The position numbers and the translations under genes are program-made. Below, piece by piece: positions 1 through 12,457 of a stretch of 64,000 nucleotides of DNA. The DNA lies in contig NC_086108.1 of the NCBI RefSeq assembly GCF_963921235.1, forward strand, positions 13,454,001 through 13,518,000, in the 5' to 3' direction. How positions within the stretch are numbered: the stretch's first letter is position 1; each line of letters opens with the position of its first letter. This stretch comes from Mobula hypostoma. Its lineage: Eukaryota. The notes under the pieces are model-generated. The model had not been told where the DNA came from. It saw only the letters and a list, made by a program, of their open reading frames with translations, and ran no database searches.

Positions 1-289
1 ACCAGTGCCATTTTTGAAAGCATTGGGATTTATTTTAAAACTGTGACAGGTAAAGTTTCAGAACTGATGTGACACCGCAATCAGGAGATTATAGATTTTC
101 ACATGTGCAAATATCTGTGCAATCATATTTAACCCAAAAAAGTGTATTGGTGTAAAGATGCACATGTACAAAGGTGTGTAAATTCATTTCAAGCAGTTTG
201 TAAAATGGGCCCTTGATTTCAACTGGTGATTTTCTGATTTAAATGGAGAAAGTACGAGGTGATGCTTGGAGGAAAGAGAAGGCGAGGTA

Positions 290-722
290 ACGTTTTAGGT
301 CAAAAACTTTTCATCAGAATAACTTCTCATCCTCCTTCAGGGCAGACTGTACCCTTCCAGATTCACTTCACATATGTAACTCAGCTTGTCTATCTGCAGG
401 GGAACTGGCTATTTCTATAGTAACAAACCATGATCCATATTGGCTTAGCCCTTCTCTTTCCATTCAGACACCCCGACCAGCTGGCCACAGTTTGCAGCCC
501 TACTATGAGAATCACATTGCCCTGCATTGTTTTTATTGTCACCCTCAAAGTGCCCCATCATTTACAACTTTACCCCCACCCACACCAGTTTCTCTGGCCT
601 TGTCCTACCACAGACTATTCATCCCTCTCCCATCTTCTCTCCAGTTTGTTTTCTCTCTCCTAGCTGCCCAACCTGTTAAGTATTTCCAGCATTTTCTGTT
701 CCTATTTATTTCAGATTTCCAT
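290..722. repeat. Degenerate Penelope-like terminal repeat fragments
   Basis: Minus-strand CTGATGA...AAAACG motif at 317-291, and a plus-strand 'gctgcccaacctgttaagtatttccagcattttctg' end. Both resemble elasmobranch Penelope-type repeats (from recall). Confidence 0.45.
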
Positions 723-744
723 TGTCGGAGTATTTTCAATGATT

Positions 745-975
745 TCGAGGTTATGTTGGGAGTGTACGTGACTCTAGTTGGACCTCCGCCTGAGCATTGT
801 TCACAGTTCAGCTCAGTGTGTCCCAGGGATGATCTGACCGCACTTGAGAGGGTGCAGAGGAGACTCACGGCACGCTGTCAGGATGGAAAGCTTCAGCTTT
901 GAGGAGAGGTTTGATCAGCTGGGCTTGTTTTCTTTTAACTACAGGAAACTGAGGGTAGACTCAACTACGTGGAGT
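745..975 (+). mobile_element. Old CR1 LINE 3' ORF2 fragment
   Basis: Translates as VMLGVYVTLVGPPPEHCSQFSS...ALERVQRRLT, a degenerate form of the CR1 LYKALVRPHLEYCVQFWS...LERVQRRFT motif. Confidence 0.75.
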
Positions 976-1308
976 AAATAGAGGGGATGTAGCAGAGGGG
1001 TCAAATTCCAATTTTACAATAATTAGTAGAGATTGGGGGGGGATGAGGGGATGTTAAATGGAAGGGTGAGAGGGGTAGAAATCTCCATCACATTGGAAAC
1101 GCAATCACTTTTGGATGAGACCTTGAGGATGCTCAGGGCTATGGACCTGATGCTGGAAAGGGTGGCAGTGAACGGTGTAAGCCTTTCACAATTGGCACAG
1201 CTATGTCGGAGGCAAAGGCCGTCTGCTGCTGTGTATGTGTGATGACCACAGTAACTGCCGTCACACACCGTCCTCCCCCACAAACGCTGGCAGGGCCTCG
1301 GTCTGTAC

Positions 1309-1785
1309 CTGTTGCACAGTCTGCTCCGGGGAAGCGATCCTGACAGGAACAGTTGCCATGTCTACACTGACTGTTGTTGCTGCAATTGTTCAAGCACCTC
1401 AGCTGGTTGCAGTCCTCTCCAGTATAGTCCATGAAGCACAGGCATGTGTCATTCTCACAGTGCCCGTGGCCAGAGCACGCATTGAGGCATTTCAGCTGGC
1501 CACAATCTTCACCTTTGTAGGGGTCCTCACAGACACATTCTTCCTCTACACATAGGCCATGCCCACTGCAGTCCCGCAGACATTCTGTGTCATTGCAGTC
1601 CTGCCCCATGTAGCCCTGGTCACAGACGCAGTCCCCATTGACACACACCCCGTGCCCAGAGCAGTTGGTCAAGCAAAGTGGCACCGAGCATCCCTTGCCA
1701 GTCCAGCCAACGTCACAGATGCAATCACAAGTCTTCATGCTGAAGTTCCCATGGCCACTGCACAGGGGAGCATAGTCAACTTCAC
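1309..1785 (-). CDS. TNR: Tenascin-R-like, EGF-repeat exon (4.5 tenascin-type EGF repeats)
   Basis: [34 protein letters not shown]...[12 protein letters not shown] resembles TNR ([15 protein letters not shown]...). Acceptor tccag|GT at 1786/1785, donor ACAG|gtacag at 1309/1308. Length 477 nt, phase 1-1, in frame with the upstream exon. Confidence 0.93.
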
Positions 1786-1794
1786 CTGGAGGGG

Positions 1795-1973
1795 CAGAGA
1801 GAGATTGAGAGTGAGTGAGTGAGTGAGTGAGAGAGAGTGAGAGTGAGAGAGAGATAGAGTGAGAGTGAGAGAGAGAGTATGTGTGTAAGAGAGAGAGAGA
1901 GAGAATGAGTGAGAGAGAGAGAGAGCGAGAGTGAGTTAGAGAGATATAGAGTGAGAGAGAGAGTATGTGTGTA

Positions 1974-2004
<31 letters not shown>

Positions 2005-2102
2005 GAGAATGAGTGAGTGAGAGAGAGATAGAGCGAGAGTGAGTTAGAGAGATATAGAGTGAGAGAGAGAGTATGTGTGTGAGAGAGGGAGAGAGAGCAA
2101 GT

Positions 2103-2150
<48 letters not shown>
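1795..2150. repeat. Compound (GA)n/(GAGT)n microsatellite with higher-order duplications
   Basis: Directly visible. It is CT-rich on the gene's sense strand and abuts the EGF exon acceptor. Confidence 0.97.
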
Positions 2151-2151
<1 letters not shown>

Positions 2152-2269
2152 AATAATTAAATAAGGGCAGGAGGTTGCTGTAACTAAGAGTGCCTCCTCT
2201 CAGAATGGGGGAGGTGATGACTGTCAATGTCACCTGCCTGTCACTCAAAGAACATTTGATGCATTCTTG

Positions 2270-2745
2270 AAATGTCATGGATTTACACAGCACCCGAACA
2301 GGCCCTGTGGCCCAACTCATCCATGCTGACAAGTTGTCTAACAAGTTTGACACATTTGCCCATGTTTGGTCGATATCCCTCCAGACCTTTACTATCAATG
2401 TCCACGTCTGTATCCTAAATACTCTAATTATACACACCTCTACCACTTCTAGCAACTTGTCCCATATACCCACCAATGCTTTATGTGAAAAAGTTGCTCC
2501 TCAAGTCCATTTTAAGTCCTCCCCTCTCATCTTAAACCTGTGCCCTCTAGTCTTAGACTCCCCTCCCCTGGGAAAAATACTGTGACCATTCACCTTACCT
2601 ATGCCCTCATGGTATCATAAATCTCTGTTATGACACCCACGCTCCAGAGAAAAAAAGCACCAAGCCTATCCAGTCTCTGCTTAAAATTCAAATCCTCCAA
2701 TCCCAGCAATATCCTGTGCAGCTTTCCTGCATCTTTTCCACCTTC
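2270..2745 (-). mobile_element. CR1 LINE 3' fragment
   Basis: Reverse-complemented CR1 3' end (cagcacccgaacaggccc; tgccctctagtcttagactc; ctccagagaaaaa). Confidence 0.75.
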
Positions 2746-3304
2746 CAGATTCCACCAGAGCTACACACATTACTCTTATTTTTAACTCTTGCTACTTCCC
2801 TTTGGTTCTTCATTCTTGCTAGACCCTTGGTTCTCTCATACTTCTGATTGACCAGATAACAACCATGATCAAGATGGCACCAAGCTCCATTGTTCTTCAA
2901 GTTGACTTTTAGTTTATGGGGATGGTTTTGCAGACAGTGTAGTGAGTTAGGGCTTAGGGACAGGGATCAAGGAGAGTTAGAGCTCTGGAACAGTAAATGA
3001 GGAATTGGGAGAAGGAGACAGAGGTTGGTGTCCAAGTTGGAGTGATCTGGAGGTATAGGCCAGCAATGCCCATGGTGAAGGGTTGAGATCAGTGGGTTCT
3101 GAGGCCGGAGAGCTGTGTTGCTAGGTCTGGAGGCACGAGGTCAGTCAGTGGGTCTGGATGTTAAATGCAAGCGATCGCCAATGACTCATGATCCCCAAGG
3201 TCAAAGATCAGTTGGTGGACCCTGAGGATGAGAGCTGGTGATGCTGAAGGTCAGCAGGTGCTGGGGATGGAGGTCCATGCAGGCAGGTCCAGCAGGAGCT
3301 AAAG

Positions 3305-4615
3305 GGATGATGAGGCAAAAGTGGCTTACAAGGGAAGACAAAGACAACGTACAAGCTAAAGAAGGGGCATATAATATAGCAAAAAGCAGTGGGAAGTTAG
3401 AGCACTGGGAAGCTTTTAAAAGCCAACAGAAGGCAACTGAAAAAGCAATAAGGAAAAGATGAAATATGAACGTAAACTAGTCAATAATAGAAAAGATTCT
3501 TTAATAAGATCTTCTTTCAGATATATCAAGAGGAAAAGAGGGGCAAGAGTAGATATTGGATGGCTGGAAAATTACACTGGAGAGGTTATAATGGGGGAAT
3601 AGGAAATGGTGGTTGAACTTAATAATTACTTTGTATCAGTCTTCATTGTGGAAGATACCAGCAATATACTAGAAATTTGCAAGTGTCAGGGGGCAGAAGT
3701 GAGTGTAGTTGCTCTACTAAGTACAAAGTGCTTAGGAAGTTGAAAGATCTTCAGGTATGTAAGTCACCTGGACCAAATGGACAAATTACTTGGATTTTCA
3801 GAAAGCCTTTGACAAGGTGAGTCTACTTAACAAGATAAAGACTGCAATACTACACAAAGTGTACTAGGATGGATAGAAGATTGACTGACTGGCAGGAGGA
3901 AAAGAATAGGAATAAAGGAGGCCTTTTCTGGTTGGCTGGTGGTGACTAGACTAGCGGTGTTCCAGAGGGGTCAGTGTTGGGACCACTTCTTTTCATGTTA
4001 AATGTCAATGATTTGGATGACATAATTGATGGCTTTGTGGCCAAGTGTGCAGATGATACAAAGATGGGTGGAGGGGCAGGTAGGGTTGAGGAAACAAAGA
4101 CTCTGCAGAAAGATTTAGATAGATTAGGAGAATGGGCAAAGAAATGTCAGAAGAAATATAGTGTTGTGAAGTGTATAGTTGTGCACTTTGGTGGAAGGAA
4201 GAAAGGTATGGACTGTTTTCTAAACAGGGACAAAAATTCAGAAATCAGGGGTGCAGAGAGACTTGCAGGTCCTTATATGGGATTCCCTGATTAGTTAAGG
4301 TATCAAATTTTACAAGGGATACCGCAGAAGATGGTCCTGCTGAAGGACCGCAAATCTTACAAACCAAAATAAAGGGGTGTCCTTTTTGAATGTAGATGAG
4401 GAGGTATTTCTTTGCCACAGGCAGCTGTGGAGGTCACGTCTTTATGTATAATTAAGACATAAGTTGATAGGTTCTTGATTGGTCAGTGTACAAAGGGATA
4501 CGAGAAGAAGGTAAGAGATTGGGGCTGAGAGAGAAATTGGATCGGCCATGATAGGAGCAGAGCAGACTTGATGGGAGAAATGGCCACATTCTGCTCCTAT
4601 ACCTTATGATCTTAT
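3305..4615 (+). mobile_element. Degenerate CR1 LINE (ORF2 remnant + 3' tail)
   Basis: RT motif LGPLLFMLNVNDLD...KCADDTK (3974-4294); tail ttctgctcctatac cttatgatcttat. Confidence 0.88.
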
Positions 4616-4619
4616 ACCT

Positions 4620-6865
4620 CTTTTTTACCCTCTCCTATAGTGAGGTGACAAGGATTGTACGTAATAATCCAGAGGTGGCCTATCTTCCAACATAACTTCC
4701 TGACTTTTAGTAAATGCCTTACTAAAATCCATTTACACCACATCTACTGCTCTACCTACATGAATGTGCTTTGTTACCTCTTGAAAGAATTCAACCAGGC
4801 CCTTGAGACATGACCTGCCCCTCACATAGTTAAGCTAACTATCCCTAATCAGACTGTGCTTGTAAATCCTGTTTCTAAGAATCTTCTCCAATAATTTGCC
4901 CATGACTGAAGTAAGACTCACTGTTCCCAGGGTTAATTCCCAGGGTTATCACTATTCCCTTTCCTAAACAAAGGAATAACATTTACCACCATATGGTACC
5001 ACTCCTGTGGCCAGTGAGGAGGCAAAGGTCATTGCTAAAGGTGCAGCAATCTCTTATTTTGCTTCCTTAGTAACCTGGAGTACATCCTGTCTGGCCCAGG
5101 GTACTTATCACTCCTAATATTTTCAAAAAGTTCCAGTACATCCTCCTTCTTAACATGTTCCAGCATATCAGCCTGTTTTACACAGTCCTCATAAACATCA
5201 AGATCCTTCTCCTTGTTAAATTCTGAAGCAAAATATTCATATAGGACCTCTCCATCTCCCCTTACTCCAGGCACATGTTTCCTTTTCTCCATCAATCTGT
5301 CCACCCTTATTCATGTCATCCTCCTGCTCTTCCTATTGTGACGGGGTCCTGAATTACCCCTATGAACTGTGCTCAATTACCCCTATGAAATGTGCTTTTG
5401 AAGAAAGAGAGAGACAGACGAAGACTAACTTTTGGACTGTCACTTTAAGGCACGAGAATAACTTTTGGATTTCTGCTGAGTTAGAGAGACAGAGAGCACT
5501 GAGTAGCTCGTAAGTTGCTATGGTGACCAAGGGCGGCGTTATTTGATGGACAATCGATATTATGATTTTTTTCGGTAGCGTGTTTATACTTCCAAGGACA
5601 TTTGCCCACTTGTACATTTCTTACACAGTCAAAGGAAGGAGGAGTTATTTGAATGACAGTTGGTACTCAGTACGGTGAGATAAATAGGAGATCAGATGAT
5701 ATAGACCTCAGGCACATATTTTGGACGCTGAATGAGCTTTGTTGTGCCCACAGGAAATGTGGGTTTTTGGAGGATAGATCAGGCGGATTGATCAGTGGCT
5801 CTTGCAGTGAGAAAAGGGATTGACCGGTGGGGAGTTGTCCAAGTGTCCAACCTTTGCCTGGGTTGATAGCTCCACCACAGAAAAACGGTCCCCTTTGTTA
5901 TGGTCACAGTCGGTGACTTTTAAAGGATTTCGGCGGACAACGAGAAGATCGACGGCGTCAGCTCACCTGAAGATTCAATTCTCTCCCTCCCTCCCTCTCC
6001 ATCATTACTCAACTCAAAATCACAAATTAAACTGAACTTTACTCATCATCATAAGATTGTATCTATTTACCCCTAGACTTGAAGCTTGATTTTCATATAT
6101 TTCCACACTTATTGATTTACTTACTTACATATAATCATTGCTAACCTGTTTGATTTATCTACATTTATAATACTATATTGTGTAGTTACCAATAAATATT
6201 ATCAGTTAATAGCAATACTGGACTCCAAAGTGATTTCCATCTCTGCTGGTTCTTTAACCCGTCATGGGGTACGTGACACTATATATGTAGAGCACCTTGT
6301 GGTTTTCCTTAATTCTACTCGCCAAGGCCTTCTCAAGTTCTCCTAAGACCAGTCTTCAGCTCCTTCCTGGCTACTTTGTGACTCTCAAGAGCCTGGTCTG
6401 ATCCTTGCTTCCTAAACCTTTGGTGAACTTCCTTCTTCCACTTGACAAGATGTTTCACATCTCTAGTCAACCACAGTTCCTTTATCCTACCATCCTTTCT
6501 CTACCTCAATAGGACAAACCTATCCAGAATCCCTTGCAAAGACTCTCTAAACAACTTCCACATTTCCCAGACTACATTTGTTCATAATTTATGCTACCAA
6601 GTTCCTTCCTAATAGCATCATAATTCTCCTTCCCCTGATTAAATACTGTTTGGTCATATCCCTATCTAAGACTATGGTAAATGTCAGGGAAGTGTGGTGA
6701 TTGTCTTCAAAATGCTCACCCACCAAGAGATCTGTTACCCTACCAGGCTCATTGCCTAGACTCGTGACCTCTCCTCTAGTTGGTGTATCTACATATGGTG
6801 TCAGGAAGCCTTCTGGACACAGCTAACAAATGCTGCCTCATCTACAACTTTTGCACTAAGGATAT
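4620..6865 (-). mobile_element. Degenerate CR1 LINE interrupted by a solo LTR
   Basis: ORF 5035-5304 (YFAS...DKYPGPDRMYSRLL). The sequence is continuous across the 5337-6278 insert when compared with 8500-8570. Confidence 0.82.
5337..6278 (+). mobile_element. Solo LTR (942 bp, probably Gypsy-type)
   Basis: TGTGAC...GTGACA termini, perfect 4-bp TSD CTAT (5333-5336 / 6279-6282), AATAAA near the 3' end, no ORF. Confidence 0.88.
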
Positions 6866-7201
6866 TATGGCAAACTGATGTTATATGCTCCATAATGGTT
6901 GTTAAGTTCACAGTGCCAGATGTGATCTGGCCCAAGTTCCTCTGGGAAGCAAGGGAGTTTATGACTGAGGCCTTGAAGCGATTTCTGCCAGAAGACTAGG
7001 GAGCAGTTAATTTTGCTGCATTATTTAAGAAGGCAGTAGTGATAAGTCAGGTAATGTCAGGCCACTGTACTTTACAATCAGTTGGATGGAAATTATTCAA
7101 GGAAATATAAAGGAATAGGATTTACGTACATTTGGAAAGGCAGTGTCTGATCAGGGAAAACACATTTCGCTTTGTGCAGGGAGATATCGCCTCATTAATT
7201 T

Positions 7202-10200
7202 AGAAACATAGAAACATAGAAAACATACAGCACAATACAGGTCCTTCGGCCCACAAAGCTGTGCTGAGCATGTCCCTACCTTAGAACTACCTAGGCTTTA
7301 CCCATAGCCCTCTATTTTTCTAAGTTCCACGTAGCCATCCAGGAGTCTCTTAAAAGACCCTTTTGTTTCTGCCTCCACCACCACTGCCGGCAGCCCATTC
7401 CACCCACTCACCACTCTCTGCATAAAAAACTTACCCCTTACCTCTCCTCTGTACCTACTTCCAAGCACCTTAAAACTATGCCCTCTCATGCTAGCCATTT
7501 CAGCCCTGGAGAAAAGCCTCTGACTATCCACACGATCAATGCCTCTCACTATCTTGTACACCTCTATCAGGTCACCTCTCATCCTCCGTTGCTCCAAGGA
7601 GAAAAGGCCGAGTTCACTCAAACTATTCTCATAAGGCATGCTCCCCAATCCAGGCAACATTCTTGAAAATCTCCTCTGCACCCTTTCTGTGGTTTCCACG
7701 TCCTTCCTATAGTGAGGCAACCAGAATTGAGCACAGTACTCCAAGTGGGGTCTGACCAGAGTCCTATATAGCTGCAACATTACCTCTCGGCTCTTAAACT
7801 CAATCCCACGATTGATGAAGGTCAATACACCATATGCCTTCTTAACTACAGAGTCAACCTGCGTAGCAGCTTTGAATGTCCTATGGACTCAGACCCCAAG
7901 ATCCCTCTGATCTTCTGCACTGCCAAGAGTCTTACCATTAATACTATATTCTGCCATCATATTTGACCTACCCAAATGAACCACCTTACACTTATCTTGG
8001 TTGAACTTCATCTGCCACTTCTCAGCCCAGTTTTGCATCCTATCGATGTCCCGTTCTCCATCAATTTACCAACCACAGAAGTAAGACTCAATGGCCTATA
8101 ATTTCCTGGGCTATCTCTACTCCCTTTCTTGAATATGAGAACAACATCCACAACCCTCCAATCCTACAGAACCTCTCCCGTCCTCATTGATGACGCAAAG
8201 ATCATCGCCAGAGGCTCAGCAATCTCCTCCCTTATTTCCCACAGTAGTCTGAGGTACATCCCGTCAGGTCCCAGTGACTTATCCAATTTGATGATTTTCA
8301 AAAGCTCCAGCACATCCCCTTTCTTAATATCTACATTCTCAAGCTTTTCAGTCCACTGCAAATCAACCCTACAATTGCCAAGAGCCTTTTCCATAGTGAA
8401 TACTGGAACAAAGTATTCATTAAGTACCTCTACTATTTCCTCCGGTTCCATACACACTTTTCCATTGTCACAATTGATTGGTCCTATTCTCTCACATCTT
8501 ATCCTCTTGCTCTTCACATAGTTGTAGAATGCCTTGGGGTTTTCCTTAATCCTGTCTGCCAAGGCCTTCTCATGCCCCTTTTGGCTCTCCTAATTTCATT
8601 CTTAAGCTCCTTCCTGCTAGACTTATAATTTTCTGGATCTCTATCATTACCTAGTTTTTTGAAGCCTTTGCAAACTCTTCTTTTCTTCTTGACTAGACTT
8701 ACAAAAGCCTTTGTACACCACGGATCTTATACCCTACCATCCTGTCCATGTCTCATTGGAATGTACCTACTCAGAAACCCATGCAAATATCCCCTGAACA
8801 TTTGCCACATTTCTTCCGTACATTTCCCTGAGAACATCTGTTTCCAATTTATGCTTCCAAGTTCCTGTCTGATAGCCTCGTATTTCCCCTTACTCCAATT
8901 AAGCTTTTCCTTGACTTGTTTGTTCCTATCCCTCTCTAATGCTATGGTAAAGGAGATAGAATTGTAATCACTATCTCCAAAATGCTCTCCTACTGAGAGA
9001 TCTGACAGCTGACCAGGTTCATTTCCCAATACCAGATCAAGTACAGCCTCTCCTCTTGTAGGCTTATCTACATATTGTGTCAAGAAACCTTCCTGAACAC
9101 ACCTAACAAACTCTACCCCATCTAAACCCCTCACTCTAGGGAGGTGCCAATCAATATTTTGGAAATTAAAGTCTCCCAACATAATAACCCTATTATTATT
9201 ACTCTTTTCCAGAATCTGTCTCCCTATCTGCTCCTCAATGTCCCTGTTACTATTGGGTGGTCTATAAAAAACACCCAGTAACGTTATTGACCCCTTCCTA
9301 TTCCTAACTTCCACCCACAGAGACTCCTTAGACAACCCCTCCATGAATTCCTCCTTCTCTGCAGCCGTGACACTATCTCTCATCAACAGTGCCATGCCCC
9401 ACCTCTTTTGCCTCCATCCTTGTCCTTTCTGAAACATCTAAAGCCTGACACTTGAAGTAGCCATTCCTGCCCCTGAGCCATCCAAGTCTCTGTAATGGCC
9501 ACAACCTCATAGCTCCAAGTGCTGATCCACGCTCTAAGCTCATCTGCTTTATTCAGGATACTCCTCGCATTAAAATAGACACATCTCAAACCATCAGACT
9601 GAGTGCATCCCTTCTCTATCACCTGCCTATCCTCCCTTTGACACTGTCTCCAAGCTCTCTCTATTTGTGAGCCAACCTCCTTTCCCTCCGTCACTTCAGT
9701 TCGGTTCCCACACTCCAGCAATTCTAGTTTAAACTCTCCCCTATAGCCTTAGCAAACCTTCCCACCAGGATATTGGTCCCTCTTGGATTCAAGTGTAACC
9801 CATCCTTTTTGTACAGGTCACACATGCTCCAGAAGAGGTCCCAATGATCCAGGAATCTGAATCCCTGACCCCTGCTCCAATCCCTCAGCCAAGCATTTAT
9901 CCTCCACCTCACTCTATTCCTATACTCACTGTCACATGGCACAGGCAGTAATCCTGAGATTACTACCTGTGGGCACGTGGCCAAGTGGTTAAGGCATTGG
10001 ACTAGCAAACTGAAGGTCGTGAGTTTGAGCCCCAGCCAAGGGAACGTGTTGTGTCCTTGAGCAAGGCACTTAATCACACATTGATCTGCGACGACACTGA
10101 TGCCAAGCTGTATGGGTCCTAATGCCCTTCCCTTGGATGACATTGGTGTCGTGGAGAGGGGAGACTTGCAGCATGGGCAACTGCTGGTCTTCCATACAAC

Positions 10201-10404
10201 CTTGCCCAGGCCTGTGCCCTGGAGAGTGAAGACTTTCCAGGCGCAGATCCATGGTCTCGCAAGAATAACGGATGCCTTTACTTTTTTTACTACCTTTGAG
10301 GTCCTGCTTCTCAACTGCCTTCCTAATTCCCTGTAGTCTTTTTTCAGGACCTCCTCCCTTTTCCTACCTATGTCGTTGGTACCAATATATACCACGACCT
10401 CTGG
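7202..10404 (-). mobile_element. CR1 LINE: ORF1 esterase end, endonuclease, RT with internal deletion, 3' tail
   Basis: ORF1 SGNH motifs (VYIGTNDIG...KDGLHLN), EN (YFNARS, AITETW, YRPPNS, GDFN), C-terminal ORF 7298-7825 and (CTATGTTT)n tail at 7202-7225. The RT core is missing at a junction near 8056. Confidence 0.93.
9969..10286 (+). mobile_element. tRNA-derived SINE inserted in CR1 ORF1
   Basis: Head with A box TGGCCAAGTGG and B-box-like GAGTTTGAGCC; 9-bp TSD TTACTACCT (9960-9968 / 10287-10295). Confidence 0.88.
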
Positions 10405-11480
10405 CTTTGAAGGAGCTTTTGGAGGATGTAACTAAGAAGGGTGATGAAGCCAAGGTGGTTGGTGTTGACTGTGTGGATTTTTAAAGTATTTGACTATTGA
10501 ACGTTAATGAACAGAGGGACCTTTGAGTTCAAGTCTATTGTTCCTGAGGATTGAAACAGGTTTACTGGCAGTGAAGGCATAAGGCACACTTACCTTCATA
10601 AGTCAGGGCACACAATACGTACAAACGTAAGTTTGGACATTATATTGCAACTTTACAATAAACTGGTTAGGCCACAATCAGTGTACTGTGTGTATTTCTG
10701 GTTGCCAAACTCTGGGAAGAACGTGGTTGAGCTGGGAGAGGGTGCAGAAGAGATTCACAAAGACTTACCTAGTTTAGAGGACTTCAGTTATAGAGAGGGA
10801 ATTGACAAGCTGGGCTTGTCAAGTCTTGGACAGTTAGGTCATATCCTAAGGCTGAAAGGTAACCTGGCAGAGGAATACAAAATTATTGGAGTATATATTC
10901 AGAATGCTTGTAGGCCTATCAAAAAAAAAGGACATATGTTTAAGGTGAGAGGAAGGATTTATAAAGGTGAGCTGAGTGCTGTTTTTATTAACGTTTGCTG
11001 CCAGAAGGAGTGGTAAAATTGTATATTACTACGTTTTAGAGACACTTCGACATTAAAACAAGCAAAGTCATGAAAGGCCTCAGTTGAAATGGAGGCAAAG
11101 GAATTAGTCAGATGGGCAAAAGAGTAGGCGTGGACATGAGGATGCTGAAGATCCGATTCTTTGCTGTGGAACTATATGACTCTATCACTCATAACATCAC
11201 CACCATTTCCAACACATCTCTGAAAAAATCACCTATCTGTACAGGAGCCAATGCCTGATTCTTTTGGAAAAATGTAAAGGCTTTAGAGAGGGTGCAGAAG
11301 AGATTTACTGATTTGGCTCCCGAGTTATAGCTCACTAAATATATGGATAGACTAGGAACTTGCTTGTCCTTAGAACCATAGAGGAGTTCACTTCATGAAA
11401 GGAATCAGAGCAAACAAAGAAAGATGCTTCTTATAGATAATAGTCATTTGTACACAGAATTAAAGTGATTGGCAACAGAG
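10405..11480 (+). mobile_element. Old CR1 fragments
   Basis: ORF 10633-11016 (ILQLYNKLVRPQSVYCVYFW) and CR1-type 3' end near 11160-11185. Confidence 0.75.
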
Positions 11481-11544
11481 CCAAACATGACAAGAAGATC
11501 CATCTTATTTGCAGACATTTGCTGGTTAAAGGGCGCCCTGCACT

Positions 11545-11838
11545 CGTTTGTTTGTTTGTTTATTTATTAAGATTCAGCATGAGAGAGGTCCTTCTGAGCC
11601 CCACCACCCAACAGTCCCCCGACATAGTCCTAGCTTAATCACGGGATCATTTACAATGACCAAATAACCAACCAACTAACACGTCTTGGGACTGTGCGAG
11701 GAAACCGGAGCACTGGGAGGAAACCCATGCGGCCACAGGGAGAATGTACAAACTCCTTACAGGCAGCAGTGGGAATTGAACCCAGATCGCTGGTACTGTA
11801 AAGCGTTGTGCTAACCAGTAAGCTACTGAGCCGCCCCA
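11545..11838 (-). mobile_element. V-SINE (HE1-like, tRNA head)
   Basis: tRNA-like head followed by the V-domain core GCATGGGTTTCCTCCCAGTGCTCCGGTTTCCTC; A-rich (AAAT/AAAC) tail. Confidence 0.85.
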
Positions 11839-11934
11839 CATTTCCGAAGGCTAGCGAGGGAAACTTGGCAGATTCACTTTCAAAATGTGAATTAATAAAA
11901 CATACGTATACAAGTGGAGGTAGGAAGTGAAACA

Positions 11935-12235
11935 ATGAGTAGAGGGAGCAAGGGTAGGGAGAGGGAGGGGGAGGTAGAGCGGTGAAGTCAAGCATAGGGA
12001 GAGGTGGGAGGGGAGCAAGAGTTGGGGAGAGAAGGGATGGGAGCGAGGGAGGGGTGAAAGTAGGAGAGAGTAAGTTTGTGGAGGGGAGAGGAGAGAAGTG
12101 GAGGGGGAGGAAGAGAAGGATTGTGCAGAGGAGGAATGGGAGGGTAGAGGGGAGGGGTGGTGTGAAGGAAAGAGGGAGTGGCTCTGGAGGGGTGCAGTAA
12201 GGGATGAGGGGGTAATTGTGAGGAGACATTCTGGG
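11935..12235. repeat. Purine/G-rich low-complexity tract
   Basis: GGA/GGGA-rich sequence, directly visible. Confidence 0.85.
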
Positions 12236-12457
12236 GATGTGGGTCTGCTGTGCTCATGTGGAGTGGTGTTGTGCAGCTGAGGAATGGACACTCCAGGGGC
12301 ATAGGGGCAATCTGTGGGATGTCCGCTGGTGGAAGTGTTGATGGGATTTGGTCGGGCTAACGAGGAGTTGTGTAATTCCATTGCTGGGGAGTTGTTGATG
12401 GAAGAGATGCTCTGTGCAGGGATCAGGTTCCTGGGGGAGGGAGGGAGGGCTTCATAC

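Noticed and set aside
1139..2476. 445-aa ORF as a single-exon protein with a Leu/Ser/His-rich region
   Set aside because: Only 1785-1309 is exon. The rest is read-through of the (CT)n tract and a CR1 relic.
9969..10045. tRNA gene
   Set aside because: It is the head of a SINE with a body, tail and TSD; the cloverleaf is degenerate.
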